This document shows positions 19,933-29,341 of a stretch of DNA of 64,000 nucleotides, piece after piece. Numbering within the stretch: the stretch's first letter is position 1; each line of letters begins with the position of its first letter. The notes under the pieces are model-generated. The model ran no database searches and was not told where the DNA came from. It was given only the letters and a program-made list of their open reading frames with translations. The stretch covers positions 75,528 through 139,527 of the forward strand of contig CAZRED010000001.1 in the NCBI GenBank assembly GCA_964599405.1, in the 5' to 3' direction. The stretch is from an uncultured Candidatus Saccharibacteria bacterium. Lineage in GTDB: Bacteria; Patescibacteriota; UBA1384; 2-12-FULL-50-11. Made by a program: the position numbers and the translations under genes.

Positions 19933-20309
19933 ACTCCCGCCAGGCCTACCACCCTCCGCTAAAGCTTCGGCTGGCAAGCCGATAGCGATACAATAGCGGT
20001 GCAACCCGTAGCTTTATGCGAAGGGTTGAAAAATGTATTACGTCTATTTGTTAAAGCTGAAAAACGATAGTTATTACACTGGTATAACCAAGGACTTAAA
20101 GAATAGAGTTAAGAAACACAATAAGGGCGATGTTTTTACTACTAAGAGTAAACGTCCAGTTGAATTGGTTTTTTACTGTGCTTTTCCTTCCAAAAGCCGC
20201 GCAGCTAATTTTGAAGCGTATTTAAAGACTGGCTCCGGCCAGGCGTTTCGCAACCGCCATTTTCTGTGACGAAGCGCCGACGACTCCCGCCAGGCCTACG
20301 ACCCTCCGC
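19933..20309 (+). mobile_element. GIY-YIG mini-element bounded by repeats of the tRNA-Lys 3' end
   Basis: ACTCCCGCCAGGCCTAC(C/G)ACCCTCCGC at 19933-19959 and 20283-20309; internal inverted repeat 19951-19970 / 20006-20026. Confidence 0.7.
20033..20269 (+). CDS. Stand-alone GIY-YIG nuclease (YhbQ-like)
   Basis: YYVYLL...YYTGITKDLKNRVKKHN...RPVELV...FEAYLKTGSG. Confidence 0.92.
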   Translation: MYYVYLLKLKNDSYYTGITKDLKNRVKKHNKGDVFTTKSKRPVELVFYCAFPSKSRAANFEAYLKTGSGQAFRNRHFL

Positions 20310-20397
20310 CTTTTCCACCTTACTTGACATATGTTTTTAAAAAGAGCGAAAATATTAGTGATGAGGGTTCCCAACGGACTTCTCAAGGAACATTTGG

Positions 20398-20541
20398 ATG
20401 GCAGTAGATTATCGATACGGAAAGGTAATGCGCCGTAACAAGCGCACATCGCACGTCAATGGAGCCGGCGGGGGCAGGAAGCTCCCACCTCGACAGCATC
20501 GTCTAGACAGAAACCGAAAGCTGGCACCAACGAATCCGTAA
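20398..20541 (+). CDS. Putative 47-aa very basic peptide
   Basis: AAGGAA upstream; MAVDYRYGKVMRRNKRTSHVNGAGGGRKLPPRQHRLDRNRKLAPTNP. Confidence 0.35.
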   Translation: MAVDYRYGKVMRRNKRTSHVNGAGGGRKLPPRQHRLDRNRKLAPTNP

Positions 20542-20712
20542 CGATCCACGACCAAACGCATCATGGCAAAGAGCACACGGGGAAACTTAAGGTAACCCAA
20601 TGACCCAAAACGGGTCGCAGCAAAAAGCCATGAAAGCGTTCAGGCCGGGGAAAGACACACGTCTTTACGTGACATTGTCGTCACCCCCGGTCTTTTTCTT
20701 AATACTCAATAT

Positions 20713-21246
20713 TTAATAATCCGAGCTACTGCGACCCTTGCCCAAACCACCGGTCGCAATTAACGCAATTAACGGGGCGATAAACCACCAAACTTCTTTG
20801 GTAATAATCATTTTGGCAATCCGCGAGGTTTCCGAAAATTTTGTCTGGGATTCGGCATCCATAAAGGAAAACACCGCCGCCAAAATTAATGCCGAATTCA
20901 AAAAGCTAAACAACGCCAGCTCAAAGGTTGAAAGTTTGCCGCCGCTACTGGAGTTCCGGCTACCCAAGCCAGAGCGAATCGTTACTAACACTACCGTCAA
21001 TAAAAAGACGCCGCTCTGAATTGAAAACGGCGAGGTGTTGGCGCTAATAAACAATGAGTTGGCAACGGTTTTGTCGCCGTTAAAGAATTGCTGGAGCGGC
21101 GCGCCAAGAATCCCGGCCATCACAATACCAACGTAGATTGCTAAAAGCGTCACCACTACCTTGTCGCGCTGCAACACAAAGGAGTAGCCGATGCTGACAA
21201 TGAAAAAAATCGTTAAAAACAAATCCCAGCTTGGAACGGTCTGCAC
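20713..21246 (-). CDS. Conserved-looking 4-5 TM membrane protein (CvpA-like)
   Basis: GTG start after GGAGG; PSWDLF...LLAIYVG. Confidence 0.7.
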   Translation of the reverse strand: MQTVPSWDLFLTIFFIVSIGYSFVLQRDKVVVTLLAIYVGIVMAGILGAPLQQFFNGDKTVANSLFISANTSPFSIQSGVFLLTVVLVTIRSGLGSRNSSSGGKLSTFELALFSFLNSALILAAVFSFMDAESQTKFSETSRIAKMIITKEVWWFIAPLIALIATGGLGKGRSSSDY

Positions 21247-21318
21247 CCCTCGTTACCTCCTGAATTCAGTATCTTAAGAAGTGGCCCTGGTGTCAAATTA
21301 AAAGATAAAAAATCCCGC

Positions 21319-21531
21319 TTAAACAGATTGCGTAAGCGGGGAGGAAAGTTCGTCCATTCGATCAGCAAAGTCGGCGCCACACTCGGAGCAGCCGGCGCGG
21401 ATGTGACGTTGCAGCTTGGCCATATTTGAGTCATGAGCGATTGGCTTATTTTTGGTCAGAGCTTCTGCCAGTTCGTAGATCTCTCGCTGCGTTATAGTGC
21501 AGCGTCGGTTTTCTCCAGAAGGTACGTTCAT
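21319..21531 (-). CDS. Small protein with a zf-HC2-like (HxxxxCxxC) motif
   Basis: RHIRAGCSEC; TTGACA...TATAAT promoter immediately upstream on the minus strand. Confidence 0.5.
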   Translation of the reverse strand: MNVPSGENRRCTITQREIYELAEALTKNKPIAHDSNMAKLQRHIRAGCSECGADFADRMDELSSPLTQSV

Positions 21532-21600
21532 ATGGGCAAATTATACCTTCCTAGCACTCTTGTGTCACTACCAAATTGACGGGCGTGATACACTAGCCGC

Positions 21601-22656
21601 ATGAGTGATGCCGTCGCCCTCGTCAAAGATCCAGTTGAGTCTGCTAAAGAAGCGGGTCTGCGTTATTTTTCCGACAATAAACTAACGATTAGCCGCGTCA
21701 AACACGGCGACGGGTTCCGCTACATTAGTAAAGACGAGGAACCGATCAGTGACGTCGACACCATTACTCGCATTAAATCCTTGGTCCTGCCGCCGGCTTG
21801 GGTAGAAGTGAAAATATCGCCAGTCGATAACAGCCACCTGCAAGCAGTGGGTATCGACGAAAAAGGCCGCAAGCAATACCGCTACCACCCGGAGTGGCTG
21901 AAGTTCCGCGACCAAACCAAGTACGACAAATTGATTGATTTCGGCAAAGCCCTGCCGAAAATCCGCACCCAAGTTTCCGTTGATATGTCTAAACAAGGCT
22001 TACCGCGCGAGAAAGTATTAGCAGCAATAGTCAAAATGCTGGAGAAAACGATGATTCGCATCGGTAATGAACAGTACGCCAAAGAAAACAAATCCTACGG
22101 CCTAACTACCCTCCAAAACCGCCATGTTGACGTTGGAACCGAGAAAGTCACCATCAATTTCAAGGGCAAAAGCGGCCAGTTTCACACTATTGAGTTGGAA
22201 GACCGCCGGCTGGCCCGGCTGATTGGCAAACTCCAGGATTTACCCGGTCAAGATTTGTTCCAGTTTATTGATGACAACGACAACCTCCATGGCATCGACT
22301 CGGCTGACGTTAACGAATACATCCAAGAAGCCGCTAACGATGAGTTTACCGCCAAAGATTTCCGGACTTGGCGTGGCACGGTCTTGGCCGCCTGGTTTCT
22401 GGCTGACTGCGAGCGCGCCAAAACCCAAAAGGAAAACAAAAAACTCGTCACCCAAATAGTTAAAGAAGTTGCCGCCGAACTAGGTAATACGCCAACAGTT
22501 TGCCGCAAGTGCTATATCCACCCGACTGTCATTGACAGCTTCCTGGCCGAATCCGGTATGACTATTAAAGCCATCAACACCATAGAAGTGGACACGGTTG
22601 ATTTACTGCCGGAAGAAAAAGTCGTTCTGGAATTCCTGAAACAAAACACCGCCTAA
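21601..22656 (+). CDS. Bacterial DNA topoisomerase IB
   Basis: GRKQYRYH, IRIGNEQY, FKGKSG, KDFRTW, GNTPTVCRKCYIHP (catalytic Tyr). Confidence 0.95.
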   Translation: MSDAVALVKDPVESAKEAGLRYFSDNKLTISRVKHGDGFRYISKDEEPISDVDTITRIKSLVLPPAWVEVKISPVDNSHLQAVGIDEKGRKQYRYHPEWLKFRDQTKYDKLIDFGKALPKIRTQVSVDMSKQGLPREKVLAAIVKMLEKTMIRIGNEQYAKENKSYGLTTLQNRHVDVGTEKVTINFKGKSGQFHTIELEDRRLARLIGKLQDLPGQDLFQFIDDNDNLHGIDSADVNEYIQEAANDEFTAKDFRTWRGTVLAAWFLADCERAKTQKENKKLVTQIVKEVAAELGNTPTVCRKCYIHPTVIDSFLAESGMTIKAINTIEVDTVDLLPEEKVVLEFLKQNTA

Positions 22657-22734
22657 TTCCCGTAACTATTTATTTATTATACGAATATACGTGTATATAA
22701 GTGGCGCTTAGTAAAATTTCGTAAATTATTCTCT

Positions 22735-22770
22735 AAGAACAAATATACGTTTAAACATATATTTGTTCTT
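22735..22770. repeat. 36-bp near-perfect palindrome containing the TATAYG-N6-CATATA motif
   Basis: AAGAACAAATATACGTTTAAACATATATTTGTTCTT. Confidence 0.85.
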
Positions 22771-22828
22771 CAATAATTAACGTAAAAGAAAACGCCGACC
22801 GCAATGCGGTCGGCGCTGGAAAGTGGTG

Positions 22829-23416
22829 TCAGGCCGTTGGCTGGGGCGCTGGAACCGGCTTTGGGGCAAACACTCCCGCCACCTTCGCCCAACTGCTCTT
22901 GATCAGCCCCTTACAAGTAGTCTTGATACTGATATCGAAGTGACGCATTAGGTAGAGATGGAATCCTATCGGCACAGCTATCCAGACAAGCCACCTGAGT
23001 GAATAAGGATCAGAGGGTAACCTAGGCCAAAATAAAAACATGACTACACAGATAACTTGGAAGAGGAAAACCGCACCAAGTCGATAAACCCGACTCCATT
23101 CAATACCGGAGGGGTAAGTACGCTCTGTCCCCATCTGCTCAAGATCGCGAATCATTCGTTCGACTTCCCTAAGCTGTGACCTAATAAAGAAGAAATAGTG
23201 GAAAACGGATATGAATACCGCTGCTAGCAAGAGCTCAGTCACGTCGCCAGGATTGATTAACGCGCTAAAGGATATGTATCCAGGCAACATAAGGCCGGCG
23301 ATCACGACATAGCCACGAACCGCCACTGCCTGATCAATGCCGAAGAACTTCGCTGTTTTCATCAGTTGCTTCGCCCACCAGTCGAAGCCACTGTCTACTG
23401 GTAGGAAAATGTTCAT
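22829..23416 (-). CDS. Hypothetical 4-TM membrane protein
   Basis: GGAG SD; own terminator CGCCGACCGCA/TGCGGTCGGCG at 22793-22815. Confidence 0.7.
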   Translation of the reverse strand: MNIFLPVDSGFDWWAKQLMKTAKFFGIDQAVAVRGYVVIAGLMLPGYISFSALINPGDVTELLLAAVFISVFHYFFFIRSQLREVERMIRDLEQMGTERTYPSGIEWSRVYRLGAVFLFQVICVVMFLFWPRLPSDPYSLRWLVWIAVPIGFHLYLMRHFDISIKTTCKGLIKSSWAKVAGVFAPKPVPAPQPTA

Positions 23417-23486
23417 GTTCTACTCCAGAACGACAAAAGCCGTTTTGTAAGAGTATTTTACCAGGTCACGGGGGCAAATCAATAAA

Positions 23487-24092
23487 TTAGCGCAGGTTTT
23501 TGAGTTGTTCGTAGAGATCGCGTTCGGCACGGGAGAGGTGGTGGGGGATTTCAATAGCGATTACAACAGTTAAATCCCCTCGGCCGCGGCGGGTTTGCTG
23601 GCCTTTGCCGCGAAAACGGAAACCTTCGCCGGTTTGGACTCCGGCGGGGATTTTTAGCTCTATTTCGTCGCCAAATTGGGTTTTAAATTTTACCGTGTCC
23701 CCTAAAACGGCCTGGGGGATAGAGATCGAAATCTGCACTTGGACGTTGGCAAAGGCGCTTTCAAATAAATCTTCAAAAATTGAGCCAAATCCACCGCCGC
23801 CGGAACTGCGGAAACCGCCGAAACCGGAAAATCCGTCAAAGCCACCAGCCGCTCCCCCACTCTGCCCCCCACCAAAACCGCTACGGGTTCCGGCATGACC
23901 AAACTGGTCGTATGAGGCGCGTTTCTGGGCATTGCCTAAAACCTGGTAGGCCTCGTTAATTTCTTGGAATTTGGCCTTATCTCCCCCCTTGTCCGGGTGG
24001 AGTTTGTGAGCCATTTTTCGGTAGGCCTTTTTGATGTCAGCTTCGGTCGCTTTTTTATCGACGCCCAAAACCTCGTAGTAATCTCGTGCCAT
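23487..24092 (-). CDS. dnaJ: DnaJ-class co-chaperone, minimal form
   Basis: [13 protein letters not shown] region, partial C-terminal domain; no zinc finger. Confidence 0.88.
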   Translation of the reverse strand: MARDYYEVLGVDKKATEADIKKAYRKMAHKLHPDKGGDKAKFQEINEAYQVLGNAQKRASYDQFGHAGTRSGFGGGQSGGAAGGFDGFSGFGGFRSSGGGGFGSIFEDLFESAFANVQVQISISIPQAVLGDTVKFKTQFGDEIELKIPAGVQTGEGFRFRGKGQQTRRGRGDLTVVIAIEIPHHLSRAERDLYEQLKNLR

Positions 24093-24171
24093 TTCCCAGA
24101 AATTATACTGTAAAGGGAGCTTTACATCAAAGTATATACTGCTATATTTTCTTTGCCGTCGGGTCGGGACG

Positions 24172-25011
24172 TTGGCCTGGAAGCGGGCAATCGTTATAGT
24201 CCTTCGGGACGGCGTAACAGCCTACCGGCCCACGGCACCAAAACACCCCGCAGGTGCGCACATGATAATAACAACCGAACTTTCCGGACGTGGGCACTAC
24301 TGCATTTGTAGCGTACTGCCCCGTTCAGGCGTTCCAATGCTAATGGAGCGCGTAGATAGCCTCCGCCCGGAGATAAAAGAAAAATACGGAGCATGGACGA
24401 AACCGGACTTTGACACTGACCCATGGGGACGAACTGGTCTCGGCGAATCATTTGAATGCTTAGATCGAGACAATAACTCGGAAGAAATTCGACTTGGCTG
24501 GATACCTAGCAAAATCGAAAGAGCGCTTGTGTCGCTGGAGCTTTTAGGATTATGCAACGTCTTCGATCCTGAAAAGAAATCCCGAAAAGAGCGAATGCCT
24601 ACCGAGGCGATCTTGGAAGTCAGTGTCGGTCAAGGCACAAGAGGTTGGCACGTTAACGCTAATCTTGGCGACCCGGTCTGGGAAGTGATTAAAAGCAATT
24701 ACTTCTCGAGCGAGCTAATGCCGATTGTTAGGCAAAGGCTCCGGCGACTCTGGGAGGACTGGTACGGCAGTGACCACCAATACGGGATGTCAAACACTAT
24801 GGTTTTTGACGGTAACTCCGGAAAAGTCCTCCAGATCTACCACCCCGTTGGCAATGGGTTATGGATTGTGGGGAGCCAAGAAGCAACTAACGACTATCAG
24901 CTCATAGACCACAACACAGACAGCTATCGCGATGCCTTTGCCCACATTTACGGACTCTGCGTCGTTCTAGATGAGTGCCGCAAGCACATCGAGAGCTCCA
25001 AAACGACCTAA
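24172..25011 (+). CDS. Hypothetical protein (start uncertain, possibly ATG 24262)
   Basis: Long ORF followed by terminator AAACCCCGCA/TGCGGGGTTT at 25010-25037. Confidence 0.65.
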   Translation: MAWKRAIVIVLRDGVTAYRPTAPKHPAGAHMIITTELSGRGHYCICSVLPRSGVPMLMERVDSLRPEIKEKYGAWTKPDFDTDPWGRTGLGESFECLDRDNNSEEIRLGWIPSKIERALVSLELLGLCNVFDPEKKSRKERMPTEAILEVSVGQGTRGWHVNANLGDPVWEVIKSNYFSSELMPIVRQRLRRLWEDWYGSDHQYGMSNTMVFDGNSGKVLQIYHPVGNGLWIVGSQEATNDYQLIDHNTDSYRDAFAHIYGLCVVLDECRKHIESSKTT

Positions 25012-25053
25012 ACCCCGCATCTGCGGGGTTTCTTTTTATGCTATTGTGTAGCC

Positions 25054-25281
25054 ATGGAAGAAATTAAAACAGTCAACGTCAACGTTCCGCGCAAAGCAAT
25101 CGTTATCAACAAGTACACCGAGCATTCCGGTGGCTGGACTTACTTTTTAGGATTTTTGGGCACGTTTATCTACTTTGTCCAAGGCGCCAGCACGTTCGGC
25201 GAAGGGTTTATTGGATTTCTGAAGGCCTTGGTTTGGCCGGCCTACGCCGTCTACCACATCTTCAAGTTCTTGGGGATTTAG
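25054..25281 (+). CDS. Small 2-TM hypothetical protein
   Basis: YFLGFLGTFIYF...GFLKALVWPAY. Confidence 0.75.
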   Translation: MEEIKTVNVNVPRKAIVINKYTEHSGGWTYFLGFLGTFIYFVQGASTFGEGFIGFLKALVWPAYAVYHIFKFLGI

Positions 25282-25934
25282 TCTTCTTTGTCTTTGAAGA
25301 CGCCGCTGCAGATATCCGGATAATCTTTCTTAAACTGGTCGTCAGAGCGCACGTTGGCCCAAATTTGTTCAATTCGGCGGCGTGATTCGGCGTCAAAGTA
25401 CTCCACCGGGCATAGTCGATCAATTAAGAATGAAGCCGACGAAAATTCCCAGTGGATTTGGCCGGAGCCATCTTCCGGTTTGGGCCGGCCTTCAATAATT
25501 CTATCCCGGCCGGCGTAACCCAATAGTTGGCCTTTCTTAATTTTGGCGAAGCGCTTAATCTCCGGTTCAATGGTGTTTAACTCTTTATAGGTAATTTTGT
25601 AAAAGCCGGAGTAGGTAGTGACATCAATCGAATTAGCGGCGGTTTTCCCGGCCGTGAATATCCAACCGTCAGCGGAAGCGATGATGGCGGTAACGCGCTG
25701 AAAACCAAAATCAATTCCCGGATGTCCGTCGGGATTGCCATTGGCTTCGTTGTGTTCAATTTTCTCACCCATCGGAATTAAGTTAACGGTGGCATCTTCA
25801 GACGCGGCAAAGGGTAGTGATATCTCAACGTGGTTATGCGGCAAGAACGCCCAGGGCTGGAACATAAAGACGGCGGCTAGTAACACGAGCCCCCCAATAA
25901 CCATCCCCGCCCAAACAAGTATCTTCTTAAGCAT
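25278..25934 (-). CDS. Membrane-anchored M23-peptidase-like protein
   Basis: GHPGIDF, IIASADG, KKGQLLGY, IHWE, CPVEYF. Confidence 0.7.
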   Translation of the reverse strand: MLKKILVWAGMVIGGLVLLAAVFMFQPWAFLPHNHVEISLPFAASEDATVNLIPMGEKIEHNEANGNPDGHPGIDFGFQRVTAIIASADGWIFTAGKTAANSIDVTTYSGFYKITYKELNTIEPEIKRFAKIKKGQLLGYAGRDRIIEGRPKPEDGSGQIHWEFSSASFLIDRLCPVEYFDAESRRRIEQIWANVRSDDQFKKDYPDICSGVFKDKED

Positions 25935-26042
25935 GTTTCAATTGTATAGCAATTGGGGCATTGCTTGGTGGTCGGCAAACCGACCGCCATAGAAAAAGTG
26001 CGAAGGGCGGCGGCGCCCTTCGCACTGTGGGGGGGTGGTGGG

Positions 26043-26696
26043 TCAGAAGGAATCAAAACCAAGCTTCTTGAGCTTTTCTTCCGAATCGCTGACACCCGCA
26101 GCCTTCAAGAATACGACCGCATTGTCGTAGGCCTGGAAGTAGAACTTGGGTGTGTTCGTAAACTCCCACTTGTTCTTCCTCCCAGCAATCTGCCGGTAGC
26201 CAATCAGGTGCCCGTAGGTCGCCGACGTTCCGGGTGGAGATAGCTCCACACATGCCTCGCGAAGCTTGGTGATCTCGATGAAAGAGAGACCCTCCTTGAG
26301 AACGATCCCTTTCTCTTCAAGCAATCCGTATATAGCTTTTCGTGAGGCCGGGCTTAGGCCGGGTAGCCTATCGATATCGTCCTTACGACACCTTGCCAGC
26401 TCTGACAGTTTATTCACGCCCAGTTCGACCAGCGGCTTCCATGCCCGTTCTGGCAGACCAGCGGCGCTCAGCACTTCGTCTTCGGCTATCGCCGTAGACT
26501 CTGGGATAGTCGTCTTTTCCGGCGGCGGCACTCCTTTGCACCGGCTAATGATAGATTGTAGCTCGTCCTGTCGGTCTTCCAGCCATTTGATGGTCTTGTC
26601 TAGGTCGCTACGCACCGTTTTGAAATCGAGGATCATCTGGCGATTCAGTTCCCAAGTGTCCGAAGCTATCATGCGTACTTCTTCATCTCTATCCAT
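26043..26696 (-). CDS. Hypothetical protein with an RNA polymerase alpha-CTD-like HhH domain
   Basis: LPERAWKPLVELGVNKLSEL...IDRLPGLSPASRKAI; GGAGG SD; terminator 25991-26026. Confidence 0.65.
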   Translation of the reverse strand: MDRDEEVRMIASDTWELNRQMILDFKTVRSDLDKTIKWLEDRQDELQSIISRCKGVPPPEKTTIPESTAIAEDEVLSAAGLPERAWKPLVELGVNKLSELARCRKDDIDRLPGLSPASRKAIYGLLEEKGIVLKEGLSFIEITKLREACVELSPPGTSATYGHLIGYRQIAGRKNKWEFTNTPKFYFQAYDNAVVFLKAAGVSDSEEKLKKLGFDSF

Positions 26697-26853
26697 GCTT
26701 AAAGAACCTCCATAAGGGTTGTACGAGCATCGTACTGGAAAATTTTTGCCAGGCAAGGATGGAGCTGGGATTTTTGCCTGTGTGAAACACAATTAGTAAT
26801 AAAAGGGCGCGGATTGGCCGAAGCCGCACCGCGCAATTGTTTGATATTGTCTG

Positions 26854-27468
26854 TTACTCCGGGACGCCCATGGCCAACCGCTGATCAGCGCAGCTCATGG
26901 TGCCGAAAGGAACACGCTTGAAGATCCAGCTCCCCAGCTTGCGAAGCGCCTCCCTGTCCAGATCGCTGATGAGGTCGCCCTTCTTGTCGCTTAAGGAGCG
27001 GGCTTGATGCCTGAGATCGCCTTTAGCGGCCCAGAGGCCAGGGAGATACCAGATCTCCCAGTATTGACCATTGTCGGCCCTTCTTGATCGAAGGCAGACG
27101 AATCCCCAGGATTCCAGCATTGAACAGGCCTCGGCGTATTTCCTCTCTGTCCAATAGTAACCGCAGAGGGACTGGATCATGATGGATGGAGAAGCGTGCT
27201 TGTTCTCCTTGTCAGGACAGACAAACCATGCCTCTTTTGGCTCGCCTGTCTCCTTCCAGTGCGGACCAACCAGCGGGTCGGCCTGGGGAGTGGGCATTGG
27301 CTCGGTTAGCTCGCGCCTGACAAGGCGTCCCTCAACGCAGTCGACACGACACTGTCCAGCGAGCATCGCTTCCAGCATGTCTAGCTCGTTACTGAGCAGA
27401 TTGCCTAGACCCAGCTCACCATCGTTGTCCACTGAAGGCTTCCTACGGGTTACGCGGATTTCTTTCAT
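26854..27468 (-). CDS. Hypothetical protein
   Basis: ATG 27468 with GAGGT SD; Trp/Cys-rich (CLRSRRADNGQYWEIWYLPG). Confidence 0.65.
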   Translation of the reverse strand: MKEIRVTRRKPSVDNDGELGLGNLLSNELDMLEAMLAGQCRVDCVEGRLVRRELTEPMPTPQADPLVGPHWKETGEPKEAWFVCPDKENKHASPSIMIQSLCGYYWTERKYAEACSMLESWGFVCLRSRRADNGQYWEIWYLPGLWAAKGDLRHQARSLSDKKGDLISDLDREALRKLGSWIFKRVPFGTMSCADQRLAMGVPE

Positions 27469-27566
27469 AAATACCTCAAAGATCGAAGATGGGAACATTC
27501 TATCAGATGTATCTAGAAAATCCAACGAGTAAATCCCGCTTTTACCTGTGGAAAAGTCAACGAACG

Positions 27567-27597
27567 GTATAGAAAAAGCGGCGGGTTTCCCCGCCGC
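27567..27597 (-). terminator. Cassette terminator, also present at 31577-31608
   Basis: GTATAGAAAAAGCGGCGGG-loop-CCCGCCGC. Confidence 0.8.
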
Positions 27598-27624
27598 CAG
27601 TACATTGTTCGCTTAGGACTCGAA

Positions 27625-28290
27625 CTACTCCGCTTTGCGCATGACGACCATGTCGCAAGGGACTTTGATCCCAGTCCTCGATCCCTGCCAGCCGTCACCG
27701 CTCCAGATCGTTTCACCTTCCCAGTGGTGGTTGGGCACGTAGCAAGTGAAGCCTTCGCGGTGGTCATAGACAGCTACTCTCTGGTGAATGCTGCCCGACC
27801 ACTGGTCGGCCATCGCTTGGGGAACGCCGTCGTAGGTGACGACGATGCCCTTCTGGCAAAGTTGTCCGAGTGTGTTGAGCAGACGTTTCAGCCGCTCTGG
27901 CGAGAAGTAATACGTCACGCTGATCAGGACTGCCCAATCAACTCGACTTCCTTCCGCCAACATCGAAACACAGACATCGTCAGCTGGGCCATGATAGTAG
28001 CGGGCGTAAAATCCCCGTCCCATTGTCCAGCGCAGGTTGTTGGCCGAGATGTCGTTGGCGTAACGCTCGCCGTGGCGAGCATGTGCGCAGAGAATGTCGG
28101 CGACCACTCCTGTGGCTGAGCCAATATCTAAAACCGTATCTTGGGCACCGATGAACGGCACCGCCTTGTCTTCGAAGACTTGGTGGAGGTTCACCTTGGC
28201 CAGCTGCAAACGCTGGCAGTACTCCCTGGGGTCATTGTGAAGTGCGAGGACCGCTTGGTCCTCCATATTGAGGGGCCATCCGGTTACCAT
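27625..28290 (-). CDS. Class I SAM-dependent methyltransferase
   Basis: VLDIGSATG, NDIS; ATG 28290 directly after a promoter (leaderless). Confidence 0.8.
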   Translation of the reverse strand: MVTGWPLNMEDQAVLALHNDPREYCQRLQLAKVNLHQVFEDKAVPFIGAQDTVLDIGSATGVVADILCAHARHGERYANDISANNLRWTMGRGFYARYYHGPADDVCVSMLAEGSRVDWAVLISVTYYFSPERLKRLLNTLGQLCQKGIVVTYDGVPQAMADQWSGSIHQRVAVYDHREGFTCYVPNHHWEGETIWSGDGWQGSRTGIKVPCDMVVMRKAE

Positions 28291-28297
28291 GTTGCGA

Positions 28298-28326
28298 TTT
28301 ATACCACATTTCTCGAGAAAAGTCAA
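28298..28326 (-). promoter_or_regulatory. Sigma70 promoter shared with the cassette at 32024-32052
   Basis: TTGACT-17 nt-TATAAA, 7 nt before ATG. Confidence 0.75.
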
Positions 28327-28412
28327 GTATTAAAGCCGCAATTTCGCCAATGGAAAATCCAGCAAGAGTGACGGGGTAGCGGAAAATAATAATCACTGTT
28401 ACGTTGCGGTTA

Positions 28413-28901
28413 ATGCCACAGAAGCTCGATCAATACCGCGACCCAATCCTGGCTACCAATGAAAAAGTGATCGGTTTTTACGAGCGCGAATTTTATGTTT
28501 TTTCTAATTTCTCTAGTTTCCAGGTGGAGTGGCGGGGACGGCTTTGGCCAACGTCTGAACACGCTTTCCAGGCCGCCCATTTTTTCGACACTGCGCCGGA
28601 GCTGGTTGAACAAATTTTTAATGCCCGTTCCGCCCACGATGCTTTTAAAATCGCTAAAGCCAACGGCGACAAAGCGCCGAAGAATTGGGAAGAAATCAAA
28701 GTTGGGATTATGGAAGATATCTGCCGCCACAAACTCCTGCAACACCCTTACGTCGAAAAGAAGCTCCGCCAAACCAAAGACTGGCCGCTCGTGGAAGACT
28801 CGCCGAGCGATCCTTGCTGGGGTTGGGGTAAAGACCGGAAAGGCCGTAACGAACTCGGCAAGGTTTGGATGCGTCTGCGCGACGAACTCAATAAAAAGTA
28901 A
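28413..28901 (+). CDS. NADAR (YbiA-like) family protein
   Basis: FSNF, WPTSEHAFQA, LVEDSPSDPCWG, GRNELGKVWMRLR. Confidence 0.92.
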   Translation: MPQKLDQYRDPILATNEKVIGFYEREFYVFSNFSSFQVEWRGRLWPTSEHAFQAAHFFDTAPELVEQIFNARSAHDAFKIAKANGDKAPKNWEEIKVGIMEDICRHKLLQHPYVEKKLRQTKDWPLVEDSPSDPCWGWGKDRKGRNELGKVWMRLRDELNKK

Positions 28902-28933
28902 TTTCCAGCGGGTGGATACAATAAGGTGGCGAA

Positions 28934-29341
28934 CTAGCTTTTAGAGTGATGTTCCAACCAGCTGGCAATTTCTGGTAGTGCTACTTGTTTGCTTGCTACT
29001 TTCATCACAAATTGTTCTGCTTCTTGATTGGAAGCTGTCAGCTTAAAACCGTTGATAAATAAAAACCGAGCAACGCTAGCCAAGCCGGTGCGTTTATTGC
29101 CGTCAACGAAGATTTGATACGCCGCAAAACTTTCCAGATAGGTCGCGGCTTTGAGAAAAACTGTCGGGAATTGTTCTTCACCAAATACCGCTGACTTTGG
29201 TCTTTCGGCAGTTGATAGAAATAAGTTCATATCACGGACACCATGAGATCCACCAACTTTTTCGATGATTTGGTGATGGATATACAATATCTCCTCGCCA
29301 GTCAGATAGCGCGCCTGGCGATTACTTTTTGGCAAGCTCAT
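28934..29341 (-). CDS. Doc/Fic family toxin with a variant motif
   Basis: RYLT..EILYIH, GGSHGVRD, QIFVDGNKRT. Confidence 0.88.
   Translation of the reverse strand: MSLPKSNRQARYLTGEEILYIHHQIIEKVGGSHGVRDMNLFLSTAERPKSAVFGEEQFPTVFLKAATYLESFAAYQIFVDGNKRTGLASVARFLFINGFKLTASNQEAEQFVMKVASKQVALPEIASWLEHHSKS

Noticed and set aside
19803-19985. 60-aa ORF after tRNA-Lys
   Set aside because: It spans a terminator and repeat hairpins; unlikely to be coding.
21335-21360. GAGGAAAGT resembling the RNase P RNA P4 motif
   Set aside because: The downstream conserved elements are missing, and the region is explained by a minus-strand ORF and hairpin.
21551-21577. CIRCE-like CTAGCACTC
   Set aside because: Only a half-site, the GAGTGCTAA arm is absent, and it is not upstream of chaperone genes.
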